A DNA stretch of 64,000 nucleotides from Basidiobolus meristosporus CBS 931.73. Its lineage: Eukaryota > Fungi > Basidiobolomycota. The stretch lies in contig MCFE01000083.1 in the NCBI GenBank assembly GCA_002104905.1, positions 62,001 to 126,000 on the forward strand. Reading direction: 5' to 3'. This document shows positions 1-11,474 of this stretch, in pieces (position 1 is the first letter of the stretch; the number at the start of each line of letters is the position of its first letter). Made by a program: the position numbers and the translations under genes. The notes beneath the pieces were generated by a model. The model was not told the origin of the DNA, made no database searches, and saw only the letters and a program-made list of their open reading frames with translations.

Positions 1-366
1 CCAATTAACCACTGAGATACCGTCCAATTGGAGTGAGGGTAACCAAAATGGTAAGTATCAGTGTAGTTTATAGTGTGATACACATTTATTTCCATTTACA
101 TTAAAGAAACATATCCAAATACCGGAATTTACCTGCCATTATAGCGGTATCCAATCGCGCACGTGATGCAAACATTACAAGTTGGCGCGATCATCCGTGC
201 CGACCTCATCGTGTCAGATTGTGCCATAGTGTGCGAGATCGTCCCGCATAGTGTGAAATCGTCCAAGAACGATCCTGCCTTCTGGTAGCTATAATATCGC
301 GCCCGATCGTTCTTTGCGACCGCGGATTGCGCCGCGCGCCCCGGCACGGTACAATGGCACAAGTCT
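1..366 (+). mobile_element. Right end of a second copy of the Pangu-like (PHIS) DNA transposon, cut by the window start
   Basis: 1-366 aligns nearly base for base with 32324-32689. It ends in TIR ATGGCACAAGTCT (354-366) followed by AAT, which matches the GGTC-AAT-AGTTAC site of the uninterrupted LTR at ~6500. Confidence 0.9.
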
Positions 367-1111
367 AATAGTTACAAAGACAAAAAGTATCTTTGCTTGT
401 AAAGAACAAACTTGGGAAAGAATCAAAGATAATAAAAGATTCCTACTCTGAGTATTCCTCACAAGTAGTGCCTCCAAGGTCAGTTGGCTGTCAGCACAGT
501 TTCCTGGGAGTGTCCTGTGGTTTTGGGTTGGAAGTTCAGGTAGCAGCAGGTAGCAGTGATCACACTAATCAACAAGTCAGTATATTGATAAAAGGGATTA
601 TGACTTATTGTTGAGGGATAACCTCCCTTATATACTTTTCTCACTGGCTAAGTGATTACTAAGCATGGTATTCCAGAAGGTTCTGGATATCAATAGAAAT
701 CTTAATGACATCAGAATGACCTAAGAATGTTCTAAGTAGGTGCTGGATGGTTCTAAGAAGCACAGCACATCCAACCAATCAGGAATTGGTATTCTGAAAC
801 CTGGGTAACATAGGAATACCATATATGGAATGGAAATGGTAGAGATGGTGACACAGGTTGATCATGTGTCACAGGCACTGGCGCGGGTACTTGCCTAATA
901 TAGAAGCACTTATAGCTAGTAATCTTACATAAAGTGAGGGGTAACTTATGCAATAAGGTAAGCAGGTGTGAAAGTCAACCGGCTTATAGGATAGTACTGA
1001 TTGGGTAAGATAAATGGGATGAAACTAAAATAAGTGTAGTAGAGATATAGGGAAGTAGAAAATCAGGGTATGAGCACATCTGTTAGTGGGTGTCACTGTC
1101 ATCCCACTACA
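367..1111 (-). repeat. LTR family B, left part removed by the DNA transposon insertion
   Basis: Aligns with ~6500-7247 and ends CCCACTACA at 1111. Orientation is inferred from TATA and AATAAA on the minus strand. Confidence 0.9.
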
Positions 1112-2499
1112 CTGGATTATATCTGGAGTGTGAACAATGTTTTCACTCAATGGTGGTGGATTCCTGACAAATTGGGTGCGTTGCATTGGTAGCATTTTTG
1201 GATGTGAATGCCATGCAACTGTTAACACATGCTGTAATCAGAACAGTCTCTGGATCATATGTTACCAGCCACATGACACTTCACAAATAACTCCATTAAA
1301 ATCTACCATTCATTAAGAATCTCTGTTATAATGCCCATTTACTATGACTTTGCCTATGAGGAATAATTGCAATGAGCACATCTGAAGGCCATTGCAAAGT
1401 TAAAGTCCTGTGGCTAAGAGGTAATGACCCTGTCAGGATAATGTGCAAACACCATTGAAAAATAATTGCACTCCATACTTACCAAAAATCTAGTCAAAGT
1501 TTTTCATCACAACAATTCATAGGTGGCATTTGGTTCCATCTCAGCCTATTACCTCCCTCTCTGATCCAAACATTCAGTGACCTCCTATGTATTCATGCAT
1601 TGATTGACTATTGCCTCTTTCTTGCACTCCTTACTTCCTGATTCAACCAATCCTCTTACTTTGCATGCATACATATTGATTTATTTGCTTTGAAACTTCA
1701 GTTGTACCTCAATTGCCAGTTGTGTTAACCTATATAAGTCCCTTTACCCAACCCTAACACTAAGCTCAGCACCACAATCAGCAAGTAACCTCATTAAAAT
1801 CCACCACTCAATTAGTATTTCTGCAGTTATGCTATTTTTCCATGACTCTGGCATGAGCAATATGGCTTTATGCCACTGTTCACTCACTACTTCCTATATA
1901 TCCCAGTCTTCAGCTGGCACTGCAAAGGTTAGCACCTCATTCACCAGTCTTTGCAATAGATGCATGCAATATTGAGTACATTTTTTTGAGCTCAACTCTT
2001 CAAGAAGTGCTGCAACCACTTGGTGTGCCTATTAGTGTTCCAAAACTCCACTGTAGGCATTGTTATAGTCTTTTGAGTTCTTGACATTATTACCTTGTCT
2101 TTCAGTAGGATATCCACTCTATCAACAGTGGAGGATGTGGAGGCTGTGCTAGACAAATGCCTTTCTCTGCAAACTCATCTACCTCACTGGAGTGCAGCTT
2201 GAGTGGTTGTGCATCCAGCACTGGAGAAGAAAGCTGTTGTCTTGTGGGTACTTCTTACTGGCTATTATGGGTTCTACCTGTTCTGGGCTCATGGTATTAA
2301 TTGGCAAGAACTACACCTTGCTTCTTACACTCTCCTGGCTCTGGCTTAGATATACCTTTTTCCCTTTGCCTTTCCTTTAGCATTGCCAGGTCTTTCACTG
2401 TTAATTTGTCTGAGTGCTTCTTGTATTTAAGTACGTTTACTCCTTGATATATGCTGCTCTGATGCATCTGTTTAAGCCTGCTTGTCCCTTACTGGCACT

Positions 2500-3722
2500 G
2501 TACTGACAACCAGATGTTTCCTTGCTGCGTGTCTTTCAGCCCTGGTTGCAACAGGCTTCAAAGGGAGTAGCTGGTGTTTTCACTGCTGCTTCAACTGAGT
2601 GCTTCTTGAATGGAACTATGCTTTTTCTGTGAGAAATGTTGTGCTGATATATCCACGTCTGCCTACTTGTCCCATGTTGGCACTCTTCCAGCTCCCTGAC
2701 ATCTCTTTGGCACATGTTTAGAGCTTTTGGCTCAGCTTGTAATAGACTATTGAGGAAGCTGCTGTTTTTAGCCTTGGCAACCATGTTTTTCTGCCTTTGA
2801 CAGTTTTTGCAACTCTTGAGATACTTTCTTAGCATACAAATGCTGACTAAAATCTGTTTGCCTGTTTGAATCCTGGATAATGCACATGAAGCAAGTCAAG
2901 CAAACTTTGCCTGGCCTCAAGTTCCAGATGGTACCATGGCATGCCAGCTGTAAGGTGATAGAGTGCTAGGCTTCTTACAGCCTCTTGAGTATTAGCCCAC
3001 TCTTCATTGTTGCATGCAAAGGCTTTGCAGATCTTCAGTGTCTTTTGACATTTAGGCTTTAGTACATACACCACAATCTCTCCTTCCCATTCTGCAACAG
3101 TACTCTCTGTGGGCTTTATCTTTGGGCATTGTTGTTGTGCTTCAAGAACTCTATGGTCCTCCTCTACTGTTACTTGGGGAAACAGCTGAATTCTTGGCTG
3201 TAACTTTGCACTACTTGAGTTCCTTCTTTATTGCAAAGATACTGTGTTCTCTACCAGGGACATTGTTTGCTCTATACACACTGTGAGCACATCCAGTTTC
3301 AGGAATTTTTCCAGATTTTGCTGGGCCACTGCATCTATCCTATAAGCCACTGAACTTAAATACCTTTTTAATGCTTTGGCATGAGCCAACAACAAACTTG
3401 CTAATATGGGCAATGGTGATGTTATGATGGCCATTTGCTGGTCTGCAACCAAAGGTATTGTGTTTGCCACACTCTCAATGGCCTGAGCAATATGGTTAGC
3501 CTGCAGCTCTACAGAGATACTCAATTGCCTACTTGGCTTAGAGCCAGAGAGGTCTGCATTATTCCTGTCAGTGGGCACACTTTCAGTATGGCTATTGTTG
3601 AATTTAGCCCTGCTTGTTGCACACAATGTCAAAGCAATCCATTGTCCATTCATTCTTCTGCTGCTGTTTGCAGTGTAGTTTGGTCTTGAACTGCACAACA
3701 TTGCTTTACTTTTTGGCATCAT
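2500..3722 (-). pseudogene. Accessory ORF relic of family U (unknown function)
   Basis: Frame fragments at 3228-3722, 2847-3074 and 2536-2835 are homologous to 19162-19467, 18555-18800 and 18271-18621. Shared core: PK..KTL.I..A..CNNxEWAN.Q.AVR.LA.YHL.AG..W and YPGFK.AN.FW....LRKYLK. Confidence 0.55.
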
Positions 3723-3944
3723 ATATATGGAAGTGAGTCAAGCCAAAGCAGAAATAGTCTTACATATATAAGTGCATGTAGTGCCACAACCTTATTTCTA
3801 ATGCTTAATATGATAGGCCATCATTGCATGTTACATTCATGTAGATGCAATATCTCACATACAGGACTATCTTAAACTCACATGAACATTGACAAAAGAG
3901 TGATATAATAGTGATATGTTGTTGAGTGTCAAGCTGTTTGCCCC

Positions 3945-4960
3945 ATGGAGAAGACAACTCTGATTCAATGCCATAAAAAAGAGAAAAAGGACCATGTTGA
4001 TATAATAACATGGGTCTCAGGCATGAAGCAAGCAGACAGTATAGGGAATTTTAAAACAATGATGGCCAGTGTTTTGCTACACAAATCATATCTGACCATT
4101 CTTCAGTCCCTACTATACAGGCAACATGAACATTCACATGTCACTTCTGTACCAAAAATATCTTGCTGGCCACTTCATACTTCTATAATGGCACCTAGCC
4201 ATACTTGTCACCTTGCACAAACTGAGTCTGGTGAGTTTGTGACACCTTTGTGCTCACCTCAGCCTTCTGAATAGGGCATGCTGAGAGATAGCTCTGAAGA
4301 AGAAGGCTCACTGATTGATTGTGACCCTATATCTGTGAACATCAGAGCTCTCTACAAGCCTGGCAAAATTGCAATATGCAATGAAACAGTACCCATATAA
4401 ATATATACCAAGAATTCCTTATGGAGCTAAGTGAGCCCAGTAATCCATCTGCTGTTGAGTGATGTAATGCTGTAGCTAGAGAAGTAGTGTGTAGCCACTA
4501 ATACCAGTGATGGGGGCTTAGGGGACTTACTGCTACTTCTTGCCAAAGTTGTTCCAGGATGCAACTTACCATTACATCTTACTGATGTACAATTATCATG
4601 TGGCTGGCCACATATGACCCGCAGACTGTCCTGATACCAGAATATGTCAACAGCTGCATGGCATTCACATTGGGAAATGCCACCATTGCAAGGTGTGCAG
4701 CTTGTCAGGAATCCACAACCAATGGAGGAAAACATTGTTCATGCTCCAGATATATTCTACTAGTATCCCATCTAAACAGGCTCATGCAGTCCAACAAATA
4801 TTGTGAAGCTCTAAAGTACCATACTCAGTATTAATCAAGCACAAACATATCAGATGTATTTGATGTCAAACACCACAAACAGCTAAGAAGCAAGGGGTAC
4901 TTTGAAGGTTGGTATGAACGTGCCTTTGCCTTTGCACTTGATGTGTGGTAATGGAAAGTA
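3945..4960 (+). pseudogene. CACTA/EnSpm (Transposase_21-like) transposase relic
   Basis: Broken frames give YVNSCMAFT..RCAAC..G..YILL..LNRL..LKY and SDVFDVKHHKQLRSKGYF, resembling fungal EnSpm CxNSCxAF / SDxxDG motifs. The N-terminal CxxC-H motif is clearer in copy 2 (LCGYCSKPLSHDACRQH, ~19670-19790). Confidence 0.6.
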
Positions 4961-5619
4961 TTCCATTACTACAATATCTCTAAACCAATATGGCACTCAT
5001 TTCTTTATTTTGCTTTTTGCTATTGTAACACACAAGTGAAAGATTAAGAATTTCCAACCTTGAAGAACAAATGCTCCAGACCCTGACAAGCAATCCACCC
5101 AAGAATATTATATCATACAGAACACTTAGTAGCCAACACATGTTTCAAAATACAGCTCATTTGAAGCAGTACTTAAGGAGTTATGACCAAAAGAGTCTAA
5201 TTATTATATATACCATGCCTTATTGCTAGGATTACTATGGTGACTTGGATTGCGTGTAACTTTCAAGCCAGCCAATCAAATCATGTGAAACTTTTACAGG
5301 TGCTGCGTCTATGTCCATTCCGTGCCACTGCAAAATTTTGGCTTTGTATCACCTGTGTTGCTTGCACATTTGCCCAAAAACTTTGATCCTTCAAAATTTT
5401 CATATATATGACTTCCCCAGCTGAAGAATAAAGGGAGAGCCTCTCTTTCCAGAATCTCCACACTGCAATTACAAGTTTAAAGGTTATAAGACTTCCCCTG
5501 CATCACTTGCATTGTTGAGTATTCTGACTTTGATCAGTACTACATCAGCAAAGAGACTGCAAAGCTCACAAGAATCCAATCTAAGTTCTACAAGAAACTA
5601 CCACTTTTCTGCTGGAAAA

Positions 5620-5798
5620 GTCCCCTCTAAGAAACCCCTTTACTCTAAGGACCCCTTTAGCAACCCCTTTAGGAAACCCCCTTTACTCTAAAGAAGCCCC
5701 TTTAGGCACCCCTTTAGTGTAAAGTCCACTTTAGAGACCACTACAAGAAGCCCCTTTACTCTAAAGACACCCCTTTAGACACCCCTTTAGGTCTAAAG
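5620..5798. repeat. Degenerate CCCCTTTA / CTTTA-n3-TAAAG array (continues at 11776-11825 after the copia insertion)
   Basis: More than 10 CCCCTTTA-like units, several paired as short palindromes. The array is split by copia A1 with TSD TAAAG. Confidence 0.8.
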
Positions 5799-6175
5799 TG
5801 TTGTAAGAGTCTTGGAGATATTGGAAGTGATTTGGAGAACAAGTAGATTATGTGGTTTTCACTTAATGATTTATTGAATGTAAAAGTAGTATTTATACTT
5901 TTACCTGGTCTTGGCATTAAAAACACGTAGAATAGGTTAAGGAAGGTCCCAAGAACAGGTGTGCAAAGTTTGGGGCTGTTTGGACAACTTTAAGAATTTT
6001 CATGTTCTGGGTACCTGGTATTTTGGTGAAAATATTCTAAGTAAATCCCAACAAGAAATTTGGTCAGTATTCTCTAGGATTTGAAGGTGATGATCTAAGT
6101 GACTAAGTTAGGTGAGTATTTAGGTGGAAATACAAATTTTTACAACACTCCCACTCAGCTAAATGTTCATACCGA

Positions 6176-7247
6176 TGTGGTGGTGTATAGGTCCAAGGGA
6201 GAGATACGTCCAACACTTCTCAAGTGTTTTGTGTGTGGGGTGTTCACTGGGTGCGATAACCTCTGGCAAAAGCTTGCTAGGAATACTTGGGTTCTGTCTC
6301 TAATCTAATGTGAAGGGGAATAAAGCCACAAGCTTGTCAAGGGAAAACTATTGAGCTACAATCCCCAACTTAGTTGGCGTCTTAACAAAAGTATGTGCTG
6401 GGTTCAGCGTCCTTTGAGATGACAATGTACTAAAGCTTCCAAAGTCAAAACAACTGTAAACTCCACCAGCAGGGACTTGATAAGAATGCAGCTGTGGTCA
6501 ATAGTTACAAAGACAGAAAAGTATCTTTGCCTGTACAAGAACAAACTTGGGAAAGAATCAAATATAATAAAAGATACCTACTCTGAGTATTCCTCACAAG
6601 TAGTGCCTCCAAGGTCAGTTGGCTGTCAGCGCGGTTTCCTGGGAGTGTCCTGTGGTCTGGGGTTGGAAGTTCAGGTAGCAGCAGGTAGCAGTGATCACAC
6701 TAATCAACAAGTCGGTATATTGATAAAAAGGGATGATGATTTATTGTAGAGGGATAGCCTCCCTTATATACTTTTCTCACTGGCTAAGTGATTACTAATC
6801 ATGGTGTTCCAGAAGGTTCCGGAGATCAATAGAAATCTTGGTGACATCAGAATGACCTAAGAATGTTCCAAGTAGGTGCCGGAAGGTTCTAAGAGGCACA
6901 GCACATCCAACCAATCAGAAATCAGTATTCTGAAACCTGTGTAACATGGGGATACCATATATGGTATGGAAATGGTAGGGATGGTGACACGGGCTGATCA
7001 TGTGTCACGGGTACTGGCGCGGGTACTTGCCTAATATAGAAGTACTTATAGCTAGTAATCTTACATAAAGTGAGGGGTAACTTATGCAATAAAGTAAGCA
7101 GGTGTGATAGTCAACCGGCTTATGGGATAGTACTGATTGGGTAAGACAAATGGGATAAAACTAAAATAAGTGTAGTAGAGATATAGGGAAGTAGAAAATA
7201 AGGGAATGAGCACATCTGTCAGTGGGTGTCACTGTCACCCCACTACA
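6176..7247 (-). repeat. Solo LTR family B (1072 bp) inserted in the 3' end of copia pol
   Basis: TG..CA ends (TGTGGTGG / CCCACTACA) with 4-bp TSD CCGA (6172-75 / 7248-51). The empty site is visible in copy A2 (GTTCATACTGACTAGTCC, ~39316-39333). Confidence 0.93.
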
Positions 7248-10200
7248 CCGACTAGTCCTAATTTTGACCTAAGATATTCAAACCTGTCTCTAGCTAATGG
7301 TTTGGTAAATATGTCTGCAATCATTTCATCTGTAGGACAGTAAACTAAGCTAACTAAGTTATTCTCTATAGCTTCACGTATGAAATGATGTCTAATATCT
7401 ATGTGCTTGGTTCTATCATGAAAAGTTGGATTTCTACCTAATTGTATACATCCTTGATTATCTTGAAATAAAGTAATAGGCGTTTTTTGACATAGGCCTA
7501 AATCTATAAACAGCTTTCTTAACCACATTGCTTCTTTTGTAGCTTCACAGGCTGCCATATACTCTGCCTCTGTGGTGGAAAGTGCTACGGTTGGTTGCTT
7601 TTTTGAATTCCATGAAATTGCTCCTTTACAGTAAAGAAAGGTGTATCCTGTGGTGGATCTTCTGTCTTCCAAATTTTGTCCCCAATCAGCATCAGAGTAT
7701 CCCACAAGATCCTATTCTGAATCCTTATAAGTGTATCTTAAGCAGATATCAGCAGTTCCTTTTAGGTATCTAAAAATCCGCTTAACTGCTGCAATATGAT
7801 CAGATCCATAATTCTGATTATGTTGGCTGACAGCTCCCACTGAATATGAGATATCTGGACGTGTTCCAAGCATGATATACATCAGACTGCCGTCTATAGA
7901 TTGATAAGAAAAGTCAGGGCTTTCAAATGGCACCAAGCTCTCTTGATTTGGTTGAGTTTTGACCAAGTTAAGGTTTGTCTCCATTGGGGTAGCTGCCGGT
8001 TTACAGTCTTCCATTTTGTACCTCTTTAGTATATCTTGAATATACTTGGATTGACTCAGGGTGATAGTCTGGGTACTTCTGTCCATGGAGAGCTTAATCC
8101 CTAAGTAGTAACTAAGTTCTCCTAAATCAGACATCTTGAACTCCTTAGATAGGCTGGATTTAGTCTCTTCCAATGTTTCTAGGTTATTGGCGGCTATAAT
8201 AAGATCATCCACATATAGAGCTAATAGAACTGGATTTGCTCTATCTGGCTTATAGTATATACTATAGTCAGCATTACTCCTTTTGAAACTCAAAGATTAC
8301 AAATAAGAATCTATCTTGCAATTCCAGGCTCTCAGTGATTGTTTGAGACCAAATAGTGACTCTTTAAGCTTGCAGACCAAATGGGGGTTATCTTGGTCAA
8401 CAAACCCATCAGGCTGGTCCATATACACGTCCTCATCAAGTTCTTCATTCAAAAATGCAGTTTTTACATCCATTTGATGAATAAAAAACTTATATTTGGC
8501 TGCAATAGCCAATATTAATCTGATGGAATTAAACTTGGCTACTGGTGCAAAGGTCTCAGCATAGTCAAGTCCTTTTGTTTGAGAGTATCCTTTGGCTACA
8601 AGTCTTGCTTTGTATCTTTCAATTGTACCATCAGCCTTGTACTTTGTCTTGAAGACCCATCTGCATCCAATTGATTTTTGGTTGATTGGTAATTTGACTA
8701 AGTCCCAAGTTTGATTTTCCATCAGGGCCTGATATTCCTCAGTCATTGCAGATCTCCAAAACTTTGTCTGAGGGCTATTTAGGGCCTCTTTTACAGTCTG
8801 GGGTTCTTCAATATGGACTGAATAGGCATAGGCTAAGTTTGTACCCTCATTAATATAGTAATTTGGACTATTTCTTGTCCAATTGGATCTCCAGGCATTT
8901 GATACTGGAATGATCACTTCTGAGATATTCCTGGGCACTGATTCTGGCTGAACCATGGTTGTAGAGTCCTCTGGAGTGAAAAAAATTTTCATTGTTTTCC
9001 TCTGATTCAATCCTGACAATTGGTGGACTTGAGATCAAATTTTTGTCATCATCTGATGTCATTTTTTGTGAAAATTTTGAATTTTCATCAAACAACACAT
9101 CCCTGGACTTGATCAGCTTCTTTGCTTTGGTATTGTAGAGTCTGTATGCCTTACTCTCATTGCAGTAGCCCAAAAATATGCATTTTGCACTTTTTGGCTC
9201 AAATTTTGACTGATTTCCGGCCAGTTTTTTGGCATATGCTGTACACCCAAATATTCTTAGATGTTCTGCACTTGGTCTGTATCCATACCATGCTTCAAAT
9301 GGAGTAGAATCACAAAGTATTCTGTTATAACTCCTATTTTTAAGGTATACAGCAGTGGCAACTGATTCTGCCCAAAAATCATAGGATAATTTTTGATCAT
9401 GGATCATAGATCTTGCCATATCAATTATTGATCTGTTAGCTCGTTTTGCTACTCCATTTTGCTGTTGGGAGTATGGTACAGTAGTCTCTTGCTTTATCCC
9501 GTGAATTTTGCAGAAGTGGATGAAGAGTTTTGAGGTATATTCTCCACCATTGTCAGAGCGTATTTTCTTGATTTTTTCACCAGTTTCTCTCTCCATCATG
9601 GCTTTAAACTCCCTGAACTTAGACAGAGCTTCTTCCTTTCTCTCCATGAAGTAGACCCATGTGTATCTTGTATAATCATCAATAAAAGTGATTAAATACT
9701 TCATCCCGCCTAAGGATAAGTTTTGCATAGGTCCACACAGATCTGAGTCAATTAGATCTAATTTTTTCTTAGTTTTGATTAACCCAGAGCTCTTGAACGG
9801 TTGTCTGGCTTGTTCTCCATATATGCAGGCTTCTCAGTGCTCCAAATCAGCTGGGGGATCAATTTTCACTCCAGAAATTAGCTGATCTTTGATCATTTTG
9901 CGCAAATAATCAAAATTGATGTGCCCAAATCTCCTGTGCCAAAGCATTGGTGTTTCTTCATTTCAGTTACTTATATTGGCTTCCAGATATGATGGAATAT
10001 AAGTCAACTTGTATAGATTCTGTTCTCTGATGCCCAAAGCAATATGAGCACCATTTTGATCAGTGATCCTGCATCCAGAATTGTCAAAACTGAAACTGAG
10101 TCCTTCTGCTGTGGCCTTGGTTACAGAGAGTAGGTTCTTGGCTATTTCTGGTACATAGAGTACTTCTTTAGAGGTCAGTGTATGGCTTCCTTCACTGCTT

Positions 10201-11181
10201 CTAAGGTTTACTTGGATAGTTCCTTCTCCCACTGCATCAAGTGTTCTATTGTCACCCATGAAAACCTTCTTAATTGGAATTTCTTGATATTGGGTAAAAA
10301 GTTCTTTTTGGTGTGTAAAGTGTTGAGAAGCTCCAGAGTCAATACACCACGTCTGAGAATCCTTGTTTGTGGTCATATTTAGTGCAGATATGAATAGTCT
10401 ATCTTCAGTTGTTGCAGCATTTCCATATTCAGGCTTCTTTGGCTGATAATCTCTCTTTTTGAAACACCGGTCTGATGTGTGTCCTTTCCTTTTGCAGTAG
10501 TTGCAAAATAGGTTGCTGTTGCCTTTGTAGGGTCTTGGGTACCTCCTTTGTTGGTTATCATTGCTTATTAAAGCATTTTCTTCTTCCTTCTTATTGGCGC
10601 TTGATTTTCTTAATTCTTCATCCAGGAGCCTTCCATATACGTAATTTAAGGTCAAATCTTCAGTTCTGGACTCTAGGGCTGATACAAGGCCCTGAAACTT
10701 GTCTGTCAGGCTATTCAGGATGGTAACTATCACATCCTCATCAGTAGTTGGTACACCCACAGATTCCATCTCATCTACCAGCAGGGTAATTCGGTTAATT
10801 AGATTTTTCATTTCTTCTCCTGGCAGCATCTTTGTAGCAAAGAATTTTTCTTCTCAGATACATTTTCTTGGCAGCTGAACATGACTGGTAGGTGTCTTCT
10901 AATGCCTTCCAGGCATTCTTTGCTGTTTTTGCTCTTGAGCATTAAATTAGCAATTTGTCCTTGACATTAAGGCAAATGCAGTTAAAGGCACTTTGTTCTT
11001 TCTTCTGGTACTTTAAGGCTTCCTCTCCCATGTTTTTAGGAGGGCATTCTTCTCCCATGACAATATCCCAAAGGTCTCTTTCTTATAGCAGCATCTTTAT
11101 CTTCACCTTCCACACTTGGTAGTTAGAGCCATCCAACTTTTCAGCAGAGGGAAAAATTCCAGTAATAGCAGTAGTAGACAT
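7248..11181 (-). pseudogene. copia gag-pol with several frameshifts
   Basis: ATG at 11181 (MSTTAITGIFPSAEKLDGSNY). Motifs: zinc knuckle CNYCKRKGHTSDRC, protease WCIDSGASQH, integrase IRSDNGGEY, RT KARLVAKG / QMDVKTAFL / LYVDDL, RNase H GYSDADW / [13 protein letters not shown]. These are spread over at least six ORF fragments. Confidence 0.95.
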
Positions 11182-11263
11182 TGCAGAGAGTGACAGCTTG
11201 GGGCTCATAACCTGTTGTAAGAGTCTTGGAAATATTGGAAGTGATTTGGAGAACAAGTAGATT

Positions 11264-11474
11264 AGACTTGTTCCATTGTGCCATTGATCATAGCACCAGA
11301 GAGTGCTGTATATTTTGTTATTAATTTGATATTCTAGGGTCATATGCATGTTAATTTTGATCCCAAATTGGCACTGTATGGCACCATCTGGCACTCTCAG
11401 GCATGATCAGGCACCATCTGGCATGCTATGGCACTATTGGGCACTATGATCAGCTGGAATGATGGAACAAGTCT
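11264..11474. mobile_element. 211-bp MITE of the Pangu-like family, inserted in the copia 5' LTR
   Basis: 13-bp perfect TIR AGACTTGTTCCAT and TSD ATT (11261-63 / 11475-77). The empty site AAGTAG-ATT-ATGTGG is seen in other LTR copies. Confidence 0.95.

Larger units (their letters stand above)
1112..5000. mobile_element. Degenerate CACTA/EnSpm-like DNA transposon (family U, copy 1) with a divergent gene pair
   Basis: About 1400-4330 is homologous to 17119-20030, and a reversed fragment lies at ~23320-23600. It contains a transposase-like relic on + and an accessory ORF relic on -. Termini were not found. Confidence 0.6.

Noticed and set aside
129-362. 77-aa ORF repeated at 32461-32685
   Set aside because: It lies in the subterminal repeat region of the DNA transposon. 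It recurs because the DNA is repeated, and it has no protein motif.
5620-5798. CCCCTTTA array as a telomere or interstitial telomeric tract
   Set aside because: Units are irregularly spaced and occur in both orientations, unlike a telomerase product. It is kept only as an unexplained array.
11370-11449. Regular repeat arrays as possible CRISPR
   Set aside because: Units are 10 bp with no unique spacers, there are no cas genes, and the context is eukaryotic inside TIRs.
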